Assembly: GCA_021810345.1 (NCBI GenBank)
Contig: JAJZIX010000002.1
Span: forward strand, 11,027-75,026
Reading direction: 5' to 3'
Length of the DNA: 64,000 bases
DNA from: Nanobdellota archaeon
GTDB taxonomy: Archaea; Nanobdellota; Nanobdellia; Parvarchaeales; Parvarchaeaceae
The translations under genes and the position numbers were made by a program. Below are positions 47,243-55,570 of this stretch, one piece after another. Under the pieces are notes generated by a model. It did not search any database, was not told the origin of the DNA, and saw only the letters and a program-made list of their open reading frames with translations. How positions within the stretch are numbered: the stretch's first letter is position 1; each line of letters begins with the position of its first letter.

Positions 47243-48250
47243 ATGGCTGAAAGCATTTTTCGTATAAAAAAAGCAGTTAATGGAATAAAAGGTAGACGGC
47301 TAGGCTTAAGTGGGCCGATTAAGATACAAAGTGTGAAACAAATAAAGTCAGGAGAAACGCATTACAATTATCTTCTTATAATAAATAGCAGGAACTTTCT
47401 GTTGAGACTGACCTCGGTAAGAAAAGACAATAAAGGCAAAAACAGTTGGGGAGCAGCCCGTATAAACATGGAATTTGACGGGATAAAAAGCATAGAAAAA
47501 CTTGGGATAGCTCCAAAGGTCCATTATAAGGATACTTCCTGCAGGGTTCTAAGCAAACCATTTGTCATATCCGATTATGTTCCGGGCGAACCAGTCATAA
47601 GAACGACTAAGAAAGACTTAAAATCGCTTGCCTTCCTTCTTGCAGAGCTGCATAGGATACACGATGTAAATGGATTAAGAAGTGAGCCGGTTAAAGATTA
47701 CAATAAGGGATACATTAAAAAAAGAGTTGACATGATAACTGATACTGGTTTTAGATATGTAAACAGGCATTTCAAAACAGATTTAATGGAAGCGCACAGG
47801 AAGATAGAACATATAAGGCTGAAAAAGCAAAAACTATCTTTAATACACGGCGATATAAGCAAAGACAACCTACTGCGCACGGAAAACGGCCTGAAACTTA
47901 TAGACTGGGAAAGCGTTAGGCTTTCGGAACCGCAGTTCGAGATCGCTACAGCATTGGAGAGATTGAATCTCAACGGCCAGAAGAGAAAGCTTTTCCTCTC
48001 AGAGTACTTAAAACACTCAGAAAAAGCAAGTTTAGACGAACTTGAAGACTACGAAAAAATAAGGTGTTTTGATAGATTGCTGTGGGCTATTTCTGAATTT
48101 GTAAAACTGAAAGAAGAGATAACGGAAAAGGAGAAGGCAAGACAGAAATCCCCATCAAAATACGTAGATAATGCTCATCTGGAATTCTTGAGGTGCAAAT
48201 CTTTGGGGTTGTTTCCCAAAGAATCTGTCTTGATAATACACCAAAAGTAG
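47243..48250 (+). CDS. Aminoglycoside phosphotransferase / choline-ethanolamine kinase-like (APH fold) protein
   Basis: Catalytic loop LIHGDISKDNLL (HGDxxxxN) and metal-binding IDWES. Confidence 0.65.
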   Translation: MAESIFRIKKAVNGIKGRRLGLSGPIKIQSVKQIKSGETHYNYLLIINSRNFLLRLTSVRKDNKGKNSWGAARINMEFDGIKSIEKLGIAPKVHYKDTSCRVLSKPFVISDYVPGEPVIRTTKKDLKSLAFLLAELHRIHDVNGLRSEPVKDYNKGYIKKRVDMITDTGFRYVNRHFKTDLMEAHRKIEHIRLKKQKLSLIHGDISKDNLLRTENGLKLIDWESVRLSEPQFEIATALERLNLNGQKRKLFLSEYLKHSEKASLDELEDYEKIRCFDRLLWAISEFVKLKEEITEKEKARQKSPSKYVDNAHLEFLRCKSLGLFPKESVLIIHQK

Positions 48251-48388
48251 ATCTTTAATCTACTTTTATCTAAAGGAGTATTACACATCCCATTAAGTCG
48301 TAGACTTTAGACTTATCTGCAAGAGATCCGTTTGTCGCATCAGAATATTTGTTGCTGATGCTTATAAGTAGAAAAGATATAAATATGT

Positions 48389-49168
48389 ATGGTGTTTACA
48401 CTGTCGTCTGGATTTAATTCCTTAATAGCTTTAAAATATACATTCCCGATTTTAGTAGCTATTCTAATTCTTCTCTTTTTTGGATTCTCATATAATTTAT
48501 ATAAATTATATAGATCTAAAAAGATTGGGAAAAACTTAGTAAAAAACAAAATAGAATATAAAGAAAATGTTAAAACAGAGATTAAAGATAAAAACTTAAT
48601 AAAAAATGAAGGAGGGATAAATAAAGATTCTGATATGAAATATAAATATGGATATACCGCAAATGTGCCGGTAACAAAACCAACGTCCAAGCTTTTGGTA
48701 TTAGTTTCATTAACGATAATACTGGTTAGTTTACTAATGCCAGCAATATCAATACTTGGATTCCAAATAGACTTATACCAGATATACCAAATTATCTTTG
48801 AAGGAATAATAAATAACTCGTTGTCTTTACAAAGCCTAATTGGGTCTCAATCTAGTGGAGCGACCTCAGTTCCAATCTTTCCTTTGATGCTTCTAGGAAG
48901 CAGCTTGATCTTATATATAACATCTATAATAGTTATCTCACTTGGTATAAAATTCAGAAAGTTAACACTGCTGGCAGGGATAATAAGCATATTTTATAGT
49001 ATATTTTTCATTGTAGGTTTAAACCTTATATCAACAATATCTAATATTCCGTTCTCTGTTGTTGGATTTGGGATATACCTTGGTATTGTATCGGGTGTAC
49101 TTATAATAATAAGTTATTACATCGAAAAAGGGAATATAACTAATTTTTATAAAAGTAGTCAAGTGTAA
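48389..49168 (+). CDS. Hypothetical polytopic membrane protein with a Lys-rich loop
   Basis: 259 aa with 5-6 hydrophobic helices, in an AT-rich region. Confidence 0.45.
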   Translation: MVFTLSSGFNSLIALKYTFPILVAILILLFFGFSYNLYKLYRSKKIGKNLVKNKIEYKENVKTEIKDKNLIKNEGGINKDSDMKYKYGYTANVPVTKPTSKLLVLVSLTIILVSLLMPAISILGFQIDLYQIYQIIFEGIINNSLSLQSLIGSQSSGATSVPIFPLMLLGSSLILYITSIIVISLGIKFRKLTLLAGIISIFYSIFFIVGLNLISTISNIPFSVVGFGIYLGIVSGVLIIISYYIEKGNITNFYKSSQV

Positions 49169-49172
49169 TGAA

Positions 49173-49394
49173 ATGAAAGATAAAAGAAAACCCTTTGATT
49201 ATTGCAGAGGTATTGCAAATTTTTTGTATGCCAATTTTCTAGAAAAAATTAAAAAATGCGGCCTAGTTTCATTAGATTTATGGTATATTCAAAAATGTCT
49301 TCGATGTCTTATTCTAGAATTTATTAAAAACTTAAAAGATCTTGAAAATGAATTTTTGGCGGAACATGTAAGTGATAATCAGATCGCAGAGTAA
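49173..49394 (+). CDS. Hypothetical small protein (73 aa)
   Basis: ORF only. Confidence 0.25.
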   Translation: MKDKRKPFDYCRGIANFLYANFLEKIKKCGLVSLDLWYIQKCLRCLILEFIKNLKDLENEFLAEHVSDNQIAE

Positions 49395-49586
49395 ATATCT
49401 AATAAATTTATTGAGGTTTATTTATATGATATTATAATATAAAATATAGTATTAATATATATATTTTTATATATTTATTACAAATATCTAATTCTTTATT
49501 AGCATATTAATTTTATTATATATAAAATTCTATAATAATCGTATATTTAAATCAAGATAGCATCTTAAGTATAATAGCTTAATTTT

Positions 49587-50087
49587 ATGGTCACTAAAGC
49601 TCTCAAAAGGTACGAATTGGAGAAAGGCGCAAAGATACTTATTGCCATCGGATTGCTGCTTATCCTAATCTCCTGGATACTTGCAATCGATTATATTTCT
49701 GTAAACCAGATAGCAAAGGACCGGCTTGCACTGCTTCCGATACCTTTGATATTCACTGCCGTAGCGGCCATTCTTCTTCTAGTCATAAAATATAGGTATA
49801 CGCTGTTTGAGAAATACCCTTACTTAATGAATCTGCCATCTATATTTTACCGTATTGGCAGAGGAAAAGACACAAAGAAACAAAGCATGGCATTCAATAT
49901 GATCTTTACAGTCCATTCGTTGGTATTGACATTTTTGGGCCTGTTAAGTATCCTTTTAACCCTGTCAATAGGCTCCAATGCTAAGACAAGCTCCCCCTTT
50001 TTCTATTCATATTTTGTAGTTATTGCTGTCCTTATAATTTCGGTTTTCCTTATATATCGTAGAATTTACATCAAGCTTAGAAGCTAA
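49587..50087 (+). CDS. Hypothetical membrane protein (4 TM)
   Basis: Hydrophobic helices. Preceded by a ~190-nt extremely AT-rich gap. Confidence 0.45.
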   Translation: MVTKALKRYELEKGAKILIAIGLLLILISWILAIDYISVNQIAKDRLALLPIPLIFTAVAAILLLVIKYRYTLFEKYPYLMNLPSIFYRIGRGKDTKKQSMAFNMIFTVHSLVLTFLGLLSILLTLSIGSNAKTSSPFFYSYFVVIAVLIISVFLIYRRIYIKLRS

Positions 50088-50183
50088 TACAGTTAGAGGA
50101 TCAATCTAAAAGAAAGGTATTTATACCCAACCATATCATTACTTTAATATAATAAATTTGGAGGATAAATTACGGCAAAACGA

Positions 50184-50290
50184 TCGACCTTGGAGGAGTT
50201 TTTAACGTATGAAGTCAAAAAATTTGAATGATTGCCTGGAAGCTGAGCCAAAGAAGTCGCGTTTCGTAAAGACTAAGCACCTCTTAGGCA
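50184..50290 (+). repeat. Copy A of a ~90-100-nt direct repeat (RBS plus first 26 codons); copy B lies at 50840-50936
   Basis: 69 consecutive identical nt (aaaaatttgaatgattgcc...cacctctta). The flanking codons differ only synonymously, and both copies have ttggag(g/a)ag upstream. Confidence 0.9.
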
Positions 50291-50829
50291 TATTGGGCCT
50301 GGGTTCAGGAACTGGGTTAGTAGAGATTGACACTCTGGACAGATTAAATGATGTCGGAGCTGTAACAACCCCTACCTCTGTATCCTATACTCCTGGAGGG
50401 CATTACCTCTTAAGAGATCTCGCAGATAATCCAATATATCACGATTTATCGCATTTTTTCGTTAATATAGGTATTTCCGGCGGTCCGAACAATACTCTGG
50501 GCATACTTGCAGCTGCAGCGGCGCTTACTATTGGAGGTTTATCAGCAAGATCATACATAAAAGATACTAAAAACTCTTCTAATACTAAACCAAGTCTCAA
50601 AAAGGCAGCGATATCATCGGCATTTCTAGCAGGCGGCATTTACATAGGATCACAGTCATTTCTTCCGGTGGTTAATGATGTGTTATACAAAGCCCCTATA
50701 TCAACATTGGGGTATGCAGCTGCGGGGGCTGTAGGGGTATTGAGTAGCATATATCTTGGAATCGACTACCTAAAGGCCAGGCACGCGTATAAAAAGCAGG
50801 ATGGAAATGCGTACCTAAAAGATACTTGA
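50209..50829 (+). CDS. Hypothetical protein with three Gly/Ala-rich (glycine-zipper-like) hydrophobic segments; its N-terminal 30 aa are shared with the next gene
   Basis: N-terminus MKSKNLNDCLEAEPKKSRFVKTKHLL(G)ILG. Segments such as TLGILAAAAALTIGGL, LAGGIYIGSQSFL and LGYAAAGAVGVLSSIYLG. GGAGGAG upstream. Confidence 0.5.
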   Translation: MKSKNLNDCLEAEPKKSRFVKTKHLLGILGLGSGTGLVEIDTLDRLNDVGAVTTPTSVSYTPGGHYLLRDLADNPIYHDLSHFFVNIGISGGPNNTLGILAAAAALTIGGLSARSYIKDTKNSSNTKPSLKKAAISSAFLAGGIYIGSQSFLPVVNDVLYKAPISTLGYAAAGAVGVLSSIYLGIDYLKARHAYKKQDGNAYLKDT

Positions 50830-50856
50830 TAGGGGGCCACAAAAATTGGAGAAGTA

Positions 50857-51461
50857 TGAAATCGAAAAATTTGAATGATTGCCTGGAAGCTGAGCCAAAG
50901 AAGTCGCGTTTCGTAAAGACTAAGCACCTCTTAAGTATATTAGGCGGGGATAAAATTATAACACCCTTTAAAAATAGGGTGGATAGCCGCAAGCTTAGAC
51001 ATAAAAAGGGCCAGCCAGTCGGATATAAAGATGTAAAAGATTACCTAGATGGGTTTTTGCAATATTTCGATAAGATTTATTCGGGTGTTACAGGGATAGT
51101 ACTATATGGTTCAATGGCTAGGGGTACGGGCAGGATAGACAGTGATATAGATTTATTGTTTTTCACCGATGATGAGGACAAAACCTATCAGAAAATCGAG
51201 CAGTGTAAAGGCGATTTCTCGTCTGGAGAATACGCAGATTTACTCATTTGTAGAGGCCTGCCTCGAGTTCGGCTGTCTACAGCCATGATGCTAAACAGTG
51301 AATTTGAGCGGATCGTAGAGATATGTCGTAGGAGTGGAGGCGGACTTGCGTACAACTATGCAGATGACGGCATTGTACTCTATGATGCGGGTGGCCGGAC
51401 AAAGAGATACTTAGAAGAACTGCGGACTGAACCTCATATAAAAGACATGATTATACCTTAA
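50857..51461 (+). CDS. Minimal nucleotidyltransferase (Pol beta superfamily, MNT-like) carrying the same N-terminal 30-aa leader as the preceding gene
   Basis: Nucleotidyltransferase motif GIVLYGSMARGTGRIDSDIDLLFF. The start is set at the ATG (MKSKNL) preceded by GGAG rather than the TTG at 50826 used by the ORF track. Confidence 0.6.
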
Positions 51462-51610
51462 GCAGACAAATTCTCCTCCCAGGAGAAAGTAAACCTTTCA
51501 AAGTTCCTAATGGACACACGACAGAAGAATAAATCAGATGTATAATTCTATAAGTAACATGTATAAAAAGTAATACACAAAGCACAATAAAACCCTTAAA
51601 CATATAACTA

Positions 51611-51626
51611 AAATTATATATACTTA
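51611..51626 (+). promoter_or_regulatory. Putative archaeal TATA box (aaattatatatactt) ~28 nt upstream of the mntA-like ATG, implying a leaderless transcript
   Basis: An AT-rich TATA-like octamer at the canonical distance from the start codon. Inferred, not verified. Confidence 0.3.
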
Positions 51627-51645
51627 TAGTTACCTATAATTAACT

Positions 51646-52059
51646 ATGAGTACGACGATACAAATAGATGATGATTTAAGAAAAAGGCTGGAAGAGCTTA
51701 AGAAGCATAAAAGAGAATCTTTAAATGAAGTTATCCATAAAATAATCGCTAAATTACCAAAGAAAATAGCTCCTAACGATGTCGAAAACCTGAAGAAGAT
51801 AGCTGTGCCTGTGCTCAAAGGTTATGGAGTAGAGAAAGCGGCAGTTTTCGGGTCATTCGCAAGAGGCGATGCGACAGAAAATAGCGATATAGACCTATTA
51901 GTGAAATACAAAGAAGGCACTTCCCTGTTTGATGTAGTAAGACTCCAAAATCGTTTAGAAGCGGAACTAGGAAGAAAAGTAGATCTGGTTTCGTATGACT
52001 TTATAGACAAATATATAAGAGAACGTATACTTAAGGAGAGCATTTCCTTATATGAATGA
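51646..52059 (+). CDS. mntA: MntA-like minimal nucleotidyltransferase antitoxin with an N-terminal ribbon-helix-helix extension
   Basis: N-terminus TIQIDDDLRKRLEELKK is RHH-like. Nucleotidyltransferase motif AAVFGSFARGDATENSDIDLLV. Overlaps the downstream HEPN gene by 8 nt. Confidence 0.75.
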   Translation: MSTTIQIDDDLRKRLEELKKHKRESLNEVIHKIIAKLPKKIAPNDVENLKKIAVPVLKGYGVEKAAVFGSFARGDATENSDIDLLVKYKEGTSLFDVVRLQNRLEAELGRKVDLVSYDFIDKYIRERILKESISLYE

Positions 52060-52396
52060 AAAAGATGATTTAGTCTATTTAGGCCATATAATAGATGCGA
52101 TAAATGGGATAAAAGAATACACAAATGGAATGAAAAAGGAGGGCTTCTTGAAGGATAGAAAGACACAGGATGCAGTTATCAGAGAGATAACGATAATAGG
52201 GGAAGCAACAGCGTTTATAAGCGATCTATTCAAAGAAAAACATAGCAGCATACCTTGGACGGAAATGAAGGGAACAAGAAATAGAATTGTACATGGCTAC
52301 TTTTCAATAGATCTTAACATAGTATGGCAGCTAATAATCAGGGATCTACCAGAGCTTGAAATTAAGCTCAAAGAATTAGCAAATGAAGGCAATTAA
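52052..52396 (+). CDS. hepT: HepT-like HEPN (DUF86) RNase toxin
   Basis: Has the Rx4HxY motif RNRIVHGY and the conserved SIPW region. Size and position after an MNT fit a type VII MntA/HepT module. Confidence 0.75.
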   Translation: MNEKDDLVYLGHIIDAINGIKEYTNGMKKEGFLKDRKTQDAVIREITIIGEATAFISDLFKEKHSSIPWTEMKGTRNRIVHGYFSIDLNIVWQLIIRDLPELEIKLKELANEGN

Positions 52397-52492
52397 TCTT
52401 TAGCCTTTTGTAGAGATTTACTTGATTTAGAAGAGAAAACTATAAATAGTATATAAGTTTATATAATAATATTAATAAGTATTACAACAATT

Positions 52493-52765
52493 ATGACAAA
52501 GAATGTAAATGAGGTATTGCATTATCCTAGACTTGATACAGTATTGATGATTGAGGAGGCGATAAAAAACGCTAAAGAGTACCCCTCAAAAAGACAACTT
52601 TGGCTTTCATTGAAGAAAAAGGTCATGTATCAAACTTTTAACATAGTTATAGATTATTTGGTAGAGTCAAACAAAGTGGTCATCGATAAGGAAGGCAAGG
52701 TTATTTGGATATGGGATCCGGAAGGCGTAAAAAAGTATATGAAAGAGGGGGTAATAATACGATGA
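52493..52765 (+). CDS. Hypothetical protein (90 aa)
   Basis: ORF with a TATA-like tttatataat ~28 nt upstream; no recognisable motif. Confidence 0.4.
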   Translation: MTKNVNEVLHYPRLDTVLMIEEAIKNAKEYPSKRQLWLSLKKKVMYQTFNIVIDYLVESNKVVIDKEGKVIWIWDPEGVKKYMKEGVIIR

Positions 52766-52852
52766 AGCAAATAAATGTGGTTCTAGTTGATAAAAAACTT
52801 GAAAATCAAAACTTTACAGATAGGAGTAGCATAATAAAGTTAGAAGTTTAAT

Positions 52853-53254
52853 ATGACAAAATACAAGACACTAAAAAGCGCTGTTTTAGGCAAAAATGGG
52901 GGTGTTTGCTGGGTTTTGCTCACGATAGGTATTGTTCTATCACTTGTGGGGTTCACCGTAATGCCGTGGATAAATATAGTATATGGGGGATTAGTAAATC
53001 ATCTTGCCGGGGTTATAATAGGTTTTTTGCTAATGGCAGTAGGTATATCTATTCTCCTTTTGCTATATCCAAAACTTAATAGTATAAAGCTTAAGCAATC
53101 AAAAGAAAGAAAAAGATTCGTTTATGGACTGGCTATATTTTTGATAATAGCTATCTTTAGTCAGATACCACTGCTTATTTTAGTTTCCAGTACTTTACAA
53201 CTGTTCTCCGCAGAACTGATATTAGGAATATTACTAGGGATGTTTTTGCTATAG
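52853..53254 (+). CDS. Hypothetical membrane protein (4 TM, 133 aa)
   Basis: Hydrophobic helices. Confidence 0.45.
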   Translation: MTKYKTLKSAVLGKNGGVCWVLLTIGIVLSLVGFTVMPWINIVYGGLVNHLAGVIIGFLLMAVGISILLLLYPKLNSIKLKQSKERKRFVYGLAIFLIIAIFSQIPLLILVSSTLQLFSAELILGILLGMFLL

Positions 53255-53430
53255 TGTTTAGGGAGCGAAGTAAACACATTTATCCTTTTGGGAGAAAAGG
53301 GAAGCACTTGATTCTGTTATTTTACGATTTACCCATTAAAGGTATCCTGCGACGAAACATCCCCATCAAACGCCACTTAAGTATAATTCTATGGCTTTTC
53401 GTATGTTTTTTATGTGTTTTTTAGTGGTTT

Positions 53431-53466
53431 TGAGGTCTTGATTTCTACCTTTACAGGGTATCCAGC
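53431..53466. repeat. Conserved ~25-35-nt element (tatgttttt..gag..cttgatttctacctttacagg) downstream of paralog A; a second copy at 54111-54140 abuts the stop of paralog B
   Basis: Direct comparison of the two loci. 21 of 21 nt are identical in the core ttgatttctacctttacagg. Confidence 0.8.
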
Positions 53467-53529
53467 TTACACTTAAAGACTAATTGAAACCTGCAAAAAT
53501 TGGTAAATTCAGCTACTTTCCTACAGAGC

Positions 53530-54042
53530 TCACTGTCTGGAAGCTTCTTCGTCGTCAACTATTTTTTGCACAGTAGGTTTCTGGCGCGCTACTTGTTTCC
53601 GAGCTTCGGGGGATACGGGGCTTTTTATGTATCCATCTGCCTCGTTTTCCAGTAGTTTCTCCCAATTACCTGGCTTATAATTGTAAATATGAATGCCACC
53701 AGATTCATAAACATGCAAGCTCAATACATTGTGCCGCTTAGTCCCAAAAAAGCCATTTGGGATTATATCTACACTTAAAAATGAGAGGTAATCACTCGGT
53801 TTTTTGTATTCGATTCCAAATAAGGCCCCTCCCACATTAATATCTGCTTTATAACTACCCTGCTCATCAATGCATCCCTTATTTCTTTCACTTTGATAAG
53901 TTAGCAGCATTTTCGAAATAGAATACAACTTATTGACTCTTTTTAGTCGTTTTTCCCCTTCGGCCCTCAATAACTCATCTAAAGAAGTATCCCCCCCATC
54001 ATTTTTCTGTATATAGCCATCAGTCTCCATTATCCCCACCAT
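53530..54042 (-). CDS. Hypothetical protein, paralog A of an unrecognised family (170 aa)
   Basis: Shares ERNKGCIDEQGSYKADIN and NYKPGNWEKLLEN with the 54138-54983 protein. Conserved 5' flank ggtataaatt-ATG and 3' motif. Confidence 0.5.
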   Translation of the reverse strand: MVGIMETDGYIQKNDGGDTSLDELLRAEGEKRLKRVNKLYSISKMLLTYQSERNKGCIDEQGSYKADINVGGALFGIEYKKPSDYLSFLSVDIIPNGFFGTKRHNVLSLHVYESGGIHIYNYKPGNWEKLLENEADGYIKSPVSPEARKQVARQKPTVQKIVDDEEASRQ

Positions 54043-54137
54043 AATTTATACCTTATACTTGCTACTATTTAATATCTTAGAAAACAACTGATATAAATAT
54101 CTTATGTTTTTGAGCTTTGATTTCTACCTTTACAGGA

Positions 54138-54983
54138 TCATATGAGAACACTCTGGTTCTCCAGTAGTTTCTCCCAATTACCGGGCTCATAAACATCTAA
54201 CTTTATACGTTTACTCCTCTCATCTTTACTTGCGCTTAACACCATATCTGGGTTAAAATATCCACGGACACCCCCTCGGCTCAAATCTACGGTTAAATGT
54301 GAATAAGTAATATGATCATGGTACATGACTATGAATAACCCTTCTTTAGTTCTAACACCCAGTAGGTAATCTGTGTAATGCTGATCTGGCCCTTCTTTTT
54401 TCAGGCCCTTACTGATTACTAGGGGCACCAAGTTGTCGTATAAATTTCTAGCTTTTTTTAGCCTATTGTACATCTCATTCTTTAATACTTCATCGAGATA
54501 TTTTATCGATGTCTTTATTGTATTACCTTTCGGTGTTAGCTTTCTATACTCCTTTTCTAAAGCATCCTCACATTTGTCTGGCGTGTAAGAATAGAGATAG
54601 AAATCCTCGTTTTTAAAGTACGACAAAGCCGCTACTCCTTTCAGTACATGCCTAAAGATACTCTTTTGATACACATACGTTCCTATAAAAGATTTATTGG
54701 GCTTTTGAGGATCATTAGAATACGTTATAACAAGAGGTTTCTTTTCCGAAGAGATATCTGCCATGTAAGAACCCTCCTTATTAATGTATCCCTTATTTTT
54801 CTCCGCCCGATCAATTAGTAATTCTAATGAAGCTCCAATTAATTTTTCAGCTCGTTGTATTCTTAGTTTCTCTTCTTCGGTTTGTACTGCGGGAACTGTG
54901 AAAACTTCTATTCCCAACAGTTCTGCTAAACTTTTTCCATTTATCTTACCTAAAAGGTTAACTTCATTTCTGCGTTGCGCCAT
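54138..54983 (-). CDS. Hypothetical protein, paralog B of the same unrecognised family (281 aa, with a ~110 aa central insertion)
   Basis: Shares EKNKGYINKEGSYMADIS and VYEPGNWEKLLENQ with paralog A. Same conserved flanks. Confidence 0.5.
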   Translation of the reverse strand: MAQRRNEVNLLGKINGKSLAELLGIEVFTVPAVQTEEEKLRIQRAEKLIGASLELLIDRAEKNKGYINKEGSYMADISSEKKPLVITYSNDPQKPNKSFIGTYVYQKSIFRHVLKGVAALSYFKNEDFYLYSYTPDKCEDALEKEYRKLTPKGNTIKTSIKYLDEVLKNEMYNRLKKARNLYDNLVPLVISKGLKKEGPDQHYTDYLLGVRTKEGLFIVMYHDHITYSHLTVDLSRGGVRGYFNPDMVLSASKDERSKRIKLDVYEPGNWEKLLENQSVLI

Positions 54984-55309
54984 AATTTATACCTACATTT
55001 ATGAATTACTACAGAATGCAACCAATATAAATACTTTACTATTATGTAAGTAGTTAATAAATTATATTATCAGATTTTCCACATTTTGGCTAGATTTTCC
55101 GCATAAAATGCTTTACTCGTCTGTATCTTCAAGTGAGGAAAATCGAAATTATTGTAAATAAACAATCTATGTTCCTCTGTGTCTAATCTTGGTACGGTGC
55201 TCCTCCCAGAAGCCATTTATTCCGTACTTTATGGCGATCGCCCCTAGAACAGCGGTAGCTAAAGAAACACCTTGTATAACTCTTGTCCATGCGTGGCAAA
55301 TCACCATTC

Positions 55310-55570
55310 TTATATCTTTCGAGATCCATTCGATAGATGTAACCTTTCCCCCCTTCTTTTTGATATATTGATAGTATAAGCCAAATCATACTTTGGGGTG
55401 AAGGTACAAGCCAAATCATCCTTTTGGGTGAAGGATTTTCTATATACTAAGGTGGACATTTCTAAACAGTATAACGCCCCATCGTAGTCCTTTTGCCTTA
55501 TACCAGCACTAGCCAGATCAAACCATCTGGTAGCGCTATCCATTGCTTTTTTAGACACTATTCTTTCCAT
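55310..55570 (-). CDS. Hypothetical small protein downstream of an MNT gene, possibly a divergent mini-HEPN partner; contains an in-frame 30-nt tandem duplication
   Basis: 86 aa, overlapping the end of the 55558-56145 nucleotidyltransferase by 13 nt. The N-terminal helix (ATRWFDLASAGIRQKDYDGALYCLEMS) and the C-terminal RRGERLH (Rx4-6H-like) are HEPN-like but weak. Confidence 0.3.
   Translation of the reverse strand: MERIVSKKAMDSATRWFDLASAGIRQKDYDGALYCLEMSTLVYRKSFTQKDDLACTFTPKYDLAYTINISKRRGERLHLSNGSRKI
55381..55440. repeat. Tandem duplication of a 30-nt unit (ccaaatcatactttggggtgaaggtacaag / ccaaatcatccttttgggtgaaggattttc)
   Basis: Read directly. In frame within the 55310-55570 ORF (DLACTFTPKYDLAYT). 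Confidence 0.85.

Noticed and set aside
53980-54990. TATAAAT directly abutting the ATG of both paralogs (ggtataaattATG) considered as a promoter TATA box
   Set aside because: A TATA box must sit ~25-30 nt upstream of the transcription start, and no suitably placed downstream ATG exists in either gene. It is better explained as a conserved 5' flank inherited through duplication.
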